Below are positions 58,435-64,000 of a DNA stretch of 64,000 nucleotides, piece after piece. A program made the position numbers and the translations under genes. Source of the DNA: Minutocellus sp. GHC0000111 (Eukaryota); NCBI GenBank assembly GCA_977018835.1, contig OZ361256.1:930001-994000 (forward strand), written 5' to 3'. The notes below the pieces were generated by a model. That model did no database searches. It had not been told where the DNA came from and saw only the letters and a list, made by a program, of their open reading frames with translations. Every line of letters begins with the position of its first letter. Position 1 is the stretch's first letter.

Positions 58435-60459
58435 CTAAAATAACCACACCGAGGCAAAGAAAAGGTGAAGAGGAATGTAAACCGCCAAAACGTACACGGT
58501 ATATTCACCAAATACCCTAGGAACCAAAGAGACCGGCGGCCAGGTCGCAAAAAGGATGACAGCAGATAAAAGTCTCTGAGTTGTCGTTCTCTTACCTCCT
58601 CCCAAAGTTGGAAATGCCAAAAGTGGCGTCCAAAGTAGCGCCGATGGAATGGCCAGGGATGCGTGGGCCAAGACAATCGGCACATGGGCATAAACTGCAA
58701 AAAGGCACGCAACGAATTGAATGCTGCGTCTATCATTCTCATCGCACCCACCCCACACTTTATTCATTCCGAGGAGACCAAGCATATATGCGCCCGCAAT
58801 GACTGCATTGATAAGTCCAAAATTGTTTACAACTCCCTGGCCAAGTCCCAACATTAGAACCCAAGCACAACCAGCGACTCCAAAGCAGATGGCGCTAATG
58901 AGAGCAGCAGTACGAATTGAAAATCTCTCAATGTCAACTAAAGCCAGGGATGTCGCCCTTGCGGCCAGCGGAAGCAGTACCAGCACGGAAGGAAATATAT
59001 ACTCTCCATTTGAGACAAATTTCTTATCAGATGGAAGCAGATATTGTGTTACTGAGTGATGCAGTCGCTCGTGAAGGTTGCAGAGAGCTCGTAGCGACTG
59101 CTCCAATTTCTGCACGAGTTCCGCACCGGCAGCTGCATGCTGCGATGGCAGAGATGACCGAATGGTTACAGCATCGATACCCCGATCAAGAGCAACCGAA
59201 TGTGGCGGATGTGGTCCGAGGATTAGTTCTTTCGAAAAAGCAATCATTCTCAGTAGATCCGATAGCCACTGCCGGAAGTATTGTCCCCGAGGAAGAACGT
59301 TGTGGAATAACTTGTCGATTGTGTCGATCCATTCGGCCTCGTTGCCTTGGTGCATCGAAATACCACCCTCTTTTAGAATGGTTCCACCGCCAAATGCCTT
59401 TCCGAGGGCAAACACAAAGTCCAGATTGGGCAAGATACCCCTCCTCCCCTTAGGCAGTATCCGTAGCTTTGGTGTGTTAATCCCTGATGACGAGGATGGC
59501 GATGGTGCAGCGTCTGTATCAACAACGAGTATTTGCCGCACCATCTTGGACGAAAAGGAAGGAGGCAATCGATTCCCTCCCTCCCCAAATTCAAGGTATG
59601 ACTCCAGAAAGGCCTCGGTTGTTTTAGCAAGTATGTCGTCTCTCGTAACTGCACCGTTCGAAGAGTCAAGTCCCCCTATTAGTCTGGGTGCAACCACCAA
59701 TACGGTCTTGGAAAGCCACGGCGTCGAGTTGGGATCAGCCAATCTCCCAATCAAACCTAGGTAATACAAGTGCATGTCACTGGACGACCAATCGCCATCG
59801 GATGGTGGGGGATTTACAACCAGAACCACCGCCTCGGAGGACACTGCCGGTGAGGAGGGCTCTATTTTCACCACATCAAATGATGACAGGTGGCCGTGTT
59901 TGGTTGATGATGAAGTAAACTTGTGTTGCGTGTGGCAAACAATGTTGCCCTGAGATATCAGCTCCATCCATTCCCCGGCGGTTTCTTGGCCACCGATCCG
60001 CCTGCTCCGAGTTAAAACGAACGGGCTGCGCTGTACAGATGCCGACGATATTGCCGCACAAAGTCCCCCGCCGCCGCCGTCGTCGCCGCCGCCGTCCTGC
60101 GCCTGCTTTCCATTTGCTTGATTTAGCCTTGGCAGTTTGGTCCTGTCGGTCGGATACGGGGCCACCCGCAAATTGCCCGGCTCCAGTGCCGATTCGTCGA
60201 TGAAGGAACCTCGGCATTTCAGCTCGCCGGTGACGACCGACACGATGGGATGGAGGAGGAACCAAACGATGCCGATGGCGTAAGGGATGACGAGATGGAC
60301 CGTTCGCACCTTCCTGCGTTTGCACTCTGGCGATTGTGGCCTCTCATCGGACGAATCATCATTATTGGAGGCACAACAATCAGATTGTGCTGCTACAACT
60401 GTCCTAGGCTCATCTCTCTGTGAATGAGGCGAACCACTCAACGCCGATGTTGACCCCAT
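58435..60459 (-). CDS. GAA1: GPI transamidase subunit GAA1/GPAA1
   Basis: N-terminal TM segment, FIDESALEPG, GILPNLDF, LRALCNLHERLHHSVTQYLL and multiple C-terminal TM helices. Confidence 0.88.
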   Translation of the reverse strand: MGSTSALSGSPHSQRDEPRTVVAAQSDCCASNNDDSSDERPQSPECKRRKVRTVHLVIPYAIGIVWFLLHPIVSVVTGELKCRGSFIDESALEPGNLRVAPYPTDRTKLPRLNQANGKQAQDGGGDDGGGGGLCAAISSASVQRSPFVLTRSRRIGGQETAGEWMELISQGNIVCHTQHKFTSSSTKHGHLSSFDVVKIEPSSPAVSSEAVVLVVNPPPSDGDWSSSDMHLYYLGLIGRLADPNSTPWLSKTVLVVAPRLIGGLDSSNGAVTRDDILAKTTEAFLESYLEFGEGGNRLPPSFSSKMVRQILVVDTDAAPSPSSSSGINTPKLRILPKGRRGILPNLDFVFALGKAFGGGTILKEGGISMHQGNEAEWIDTIDKLFHNVLPRGQYFRQWLSDLLRMIAFSKELILGPHPPHSVALDRGIDAVTIRSSLPSQHAAAGAELVQKLEQSLRALCNLHERLHHSVTQYLLPSDKKFVSNGEYIFPSVLVLLPLAARATSLALVDIERFSIRTAALISAICFGVAGCAWVLMLGLGQGVVNNFGLINAVIAGAYMLGLLGMNKVWGGCDENDRRSIQFVACLFAVYAHVPIVLAHASLAIPSALLWTPLLAFPTLGGGKRTTTQRLLSAVILFATWPPVSLVPRVFGEYTVYVLAVYIPLHLFFASVWLF

Positions 60460-60711
60460 CGTATCGATCGTCCCACGTCTTTGAAAGAAGGTTTGAAGCG
60501 GCGAAGCGCAAGCAGCAGCGCCAGCAGCCAAGCGAAGCAGGAAAAATCGGCATTCACTCCCTTAGCAGTCGTTTTACCAACAGTCAAGGGCAAGGGCGCC
60601 TTCGCTTCGTCGCGCGCGCGTCAGCTTTTTTGATACGACCCTCTCGAGCCCTCGAGAGACTGGAGCACAGGCCCTGCAGCGTACTCTTGCTCATGTATTA
60701 GCACTCAACAC

Positions 60712-63181
60712 ATGGGGACGTCCAATCAGGACAACCAACGCAGCACGACATCGGTGGGAATGTCCGGCGCTAGCGCTGCCGGAGGGGAAGACGAACAACA
60801 ACAAGACACGCCCAATGCCGGGTCTGCCGCCGCCGCCACACAGGAGGAGCAAGGGCAGGGAGACAGGAGTGACGAACAAGAAGGGGAAGAAACAACAGAA
60901 TCAAAGGCAGACTCACAAACAGCGGAGGGATCTTCGCAGCAATCGAAGTCACAGATGAGCGGAGGCTGGGGGCAGGCGACTGAGGGTAGCAACTGTGACG
61001 CATCCGACCTGGCGTCTGCTCGTAGCACAGAAGCAGGAGGCAAGCACAGTAGCGGCGGAACATGCTCGGTGGCGTCGACGACCACAGCGGAGGCAGCCGC
61101 GGCCGCAGGTGCCACCGGTAGTTCTGCCGTGGAATCTTCCAGCAATCGGCATGTCGCCACTTCGAGGAAGGACGAAAGCAGCACGAGTCGACGCGAGACC
61201 TGTACATCTTCGAACAGCGCGGTACATGCGAAGTCGGACATGGAAGAAACAACAAATGCCAGCGCACCGCCACAAGAGCAGTCGCAACAAGGGCAATCGA
61301 AACACGAGACGGAAGTCACAGCCGCCGCTGCCGCCGCCGCCGGATCGACGTCTCGTTCAGATGTCGACGGCACTTCTTCTAGTAGGAATGCACGGTCCAG
61401 CAGTCCCACCCCCATCGAAGTGATGGCCGATCAGAGTGGCTTCAACATCAACCTCAGCTCCCTACCCCCGGGCGCGTACATGGTCGAGCCGGCCAACCCG
61501 CCCGTCCGCAGGGAGAGCTACAGCAATGGCATCGCTGCCGAAGGTGGGGACGTCCTCACGGCCGAGGTGAGGGAGGCAGATGCAGGGGAAGTCGGGGCCG
61601 AGGAACAGAGCGTGGCAGCCGCCTCTAGGTCGAGCATATCGACCATAACGAATCCCAATTTCGGAGGGACTAGCCGGAGCAGTATGGGATGGACGGCGGG
61701 TACCGATGCTAGAACTGGCACCGGAAACACCGACGATGCCCTCCACCACGTGGTGACGGCCACCTGTGTCGACGAGGAGTACGTTGTCGATGCATGCCCT
61801 GTTCCGGATGAAGATGAGATTATCCTGGTCCAGGCCGCGCATGAATAGTAGAAAGAACAGATTGCCAGGCTAAGGAAGCGGCAGCGCTTCTTGCTGGGTG
61901 GAGCCATCATCGCCGTAGTGGCCATTGCAGTAGCTCTAGGAGTCGCATTTAGCGGAGGCAACAATGACAGTACTAGTACCGATGCAGGTAATAGCGATAG
62001 TATGGGTACGGCCAGCACCGCAATTGACGCCGATAGCATTGAGGCGCTCCATTCCATAATCCTCCCGCTCAGTGGTGAAGGGGCCTTCAATCCCACTTCG
62101 CCGGATTTTTTCGAACAGCGCGTGTCCGCCCTTAATTGGCTAGCCAACGACCGCTATACCACGGAACAGCTTCCCGTCGACGATCCATCTCTTACGTGGA
62201 AGATTCGGCAGCGATACGTCATGGGCCTCTTCCATATCATGACCGACAGCCCCAACTGGTTTGACAACTTTAACGGTTTGTCCGACCGAGACGAGTGCGA
62301 TTGGAATCGGGCCAGTTCGCTCGATGGAAAAGAAGCCGAAGACCTTTTCACCGGCGTCCAAAAGGAGGTGGAGATTAAGGGAGTTATCTGCAACGAAATG
62401 GGACGGGTGAAGAGAATCATATTATGTAAGTCAACAATTGGAGTAATTTCCACTCGACAGAGGCCATGTATAATGATGACGCATGGGCAGTTTCCACATT
62501 TATGCGCTGTGCAGCAAACTTGTTCTTTCCCCTTCTTTCCTCATCAATGCCCTTGGACGACTCATTCAATGTGCTGTGTAAAAAATACCACAGGGTGGAA
62601 TAATTTGTCCGGTGAGCTACCACATGAGCTCTCCTATTTTTCCGAAAGTCTCGTCGATTTAAATCTTTTTGGAGGATCCTTGTCAGGTTCGATTCCCGAT
62701 TCTTACGGAAACTTGACCAAACTTGCCGGCCTATCACTTGCCGAGCACTGCCTTACTGGAACGGTACCAGAGAGTTTAAGCCAGTTATCCGATTTGACCT
62801 ATTTTTTTGTGAACGGAAATCCCGAGCTCAGAGGCTCCCTGAATGGTCTCTGTGATGGAGATCAATTTAGAAGCGGAGGTTCCTTCTCATATGTTTCGGC
62901 AGATTGTGGCGACTGTCCTGGCAGTGAGGCATTTCTCGAGTGCGACTGCTGCACATGCTGCGACAGCAACACATTCGACTGCTGCGACAAAGAAGGCAAT
63001 GTGCTATGGAAGTACATGAATCTTGAAGCCAATCCCCTCAGTGGAAAGCCTTTTAGCTTCGATAGAAACTGTCTTACAGAGGCAGGAGCGCGTTGGGTGC
63101 AGGAAGAGTGTCCTTGCGTTGTCGGTGAAACGGGGGGGGGAATCGGATAGCAAGGCGTGTTCGAAGGACTGCAGTGCCTGA
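60712..63181 (+). pseudogene. Type II membrane LRR protein with in-frame TAG TAG (61846-61851), intron 62426-62593 and a +1 slip in the G-run at 63132-63140
   Basis: Disordered N-terminus with a PGAY motif, TM helix, ALNWL...QRYVMGLF...ECDW cap, LRRs and CDCCTCC. ORFs 60712-61848 and 61891-63150 share a frame. Confidence 0.75.
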
Positions 63182-63536
63182 CGGTGACGATTTGAGCGCA
63201 CATGGCGCTAAGTTGTAACAATGTGAATTCCATAATTATTCCAGTTTGTTATCATCATCATTGCACCACAAGGCAGTCAGTGCGAGGAGGCTTTAAGATT
63301 ATTTCCCTAACGGCAGCTTGTTTGATATAGGATATCCAAGGCAAGCTTGAGGAGGAGGATTAGCGCATTTCCCAGCTGCGTATTAGAGAAAATCAAAGCT
63401 TTTGCTTGGATTACGATCGCATATCACTGTTGGTATGTAAAGCCGATCTATATCACTTGATATATTACTAGCGTGGAGCAATGCACACACAAAGCACGAA
63501 GATAGGATTTCTTCATTAAAATAAAGCTCAAATCAA

Positions 63537-64000
63537 TTACATGATGCTGCATCCCTTGTGGCCGCTTTCCCTTCCTCGGTGGTGGGCGGTCATGTCACTC
63601 TCACCGGCACCCTCATCCCAATAATTGCTCTGGACGTACTCAACCTTGATCTGGTTGGTAGCTCCACGGCCAAAGCTCTTGCCGCAAACAACAACGAAGG
63701 GATCACCCTCGTTGGCAACGCCAGCAAGTCGGATCTCGTTCGTGCACTCATTGACAAGCGCATCGGTGTCCTCGAGCGAGTCGACGGTGAACGCATAGCA
63801 TCCCTTGTATACACCAAAAGATTGCCTGGCAACAGATTCCGATGGAGTCAAGACGGCGATGGGAATGCCGGGACGGAACTTGGCAACCATTTGTGCGGTG
63901 TTGCCGGTCTCAGAAAGGACGATGATGGCCTTGGCGCCAACATCGATAGCAGTCTTCACAGCCGAGGAGGCAATGGACTCACTGGCAGGAAGCTTGTACC
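63537..64000 (-). CDS. PK: Pyruvate kinase, C-terminal domain (5' part outside the window)
   Basis: SESIASSAVKTAIDVGAKAIIVLSETGNTAQMVAKFRPGIPI...VARQ...GATNQIKV. Confidence 0.92.
   Translation of the reverse strand, partial: YKLPASESIASSAVKTAIDVGAKAIIVLSETGNTAQMVAKFRPGIPIAVLTPSESVARQSFGVYKGCYAFTVDSLEDTDALVNECTNEIRLAGVANEGDPFVVVCGKSFGRGATNQIKVEYVQSNYWDEGAGESDMTAHHRGRESGHKGCSIM

Noticed and set aside
61846..61851. Stop-codon reassignment or readthrough (TAG TAG here, TAA at 31535)
   Set aside because: TAG and TAA terminate well-conserved genes in this window normally, so mutation or error is simpler.
1..64000. tRNA or rRNA genes
   Set aside because: None was recognised by eye; a covariance-model scan would be needed to exclude them.

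Overview
This is eukaryotic nuclear DNA, very probably from a diatom. The evidence is short GT-AG introns, RxL pro-motifs, silicanin- and silaffin-like proteins, and complex-plastid targeting peptides. About 24 protein genes or gene remnants are present, including Kir-like K+ channel, signal-peptide proteasome alpha subunit, BTF3, CBS protein, ERCC6-like SNF2 ATPase, SF1/BBP, a large silaffin-like/Cys-rich/LRR secreted protein, KH protein, MenB, RPL13, GAA1 and pyruvate kinase. Several DNA transposons have termini readable from the sequence. (1) A TA-flanked Tc1/mariner element (5790-8105) with an HMG-like transposase N-terminus and a back-to-back accessory ORF. (2) A CACAG-terminated Chapaev/Transib(RAG1-related)-like element with a 4-bp TSD (21957-24579, partial copy 43374-45154). 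(3) A THAP/P-like element (51955-57108). (4) A GGCC-ended MITE and a foldback element. Three observations stand out. First, stacks of TA-NN-TA units whose spacers match the ends of resident transposons look like records of repeated insertion and excision. Second, a clean 469-bp silicanin-like coding fragment is inserted inside an EXPERA gene. Third, gene lesions are unusually dense, implying a decaying haplotype/homeolog or assembly error. All family assignments come from manual motif recognition; no searches were run.
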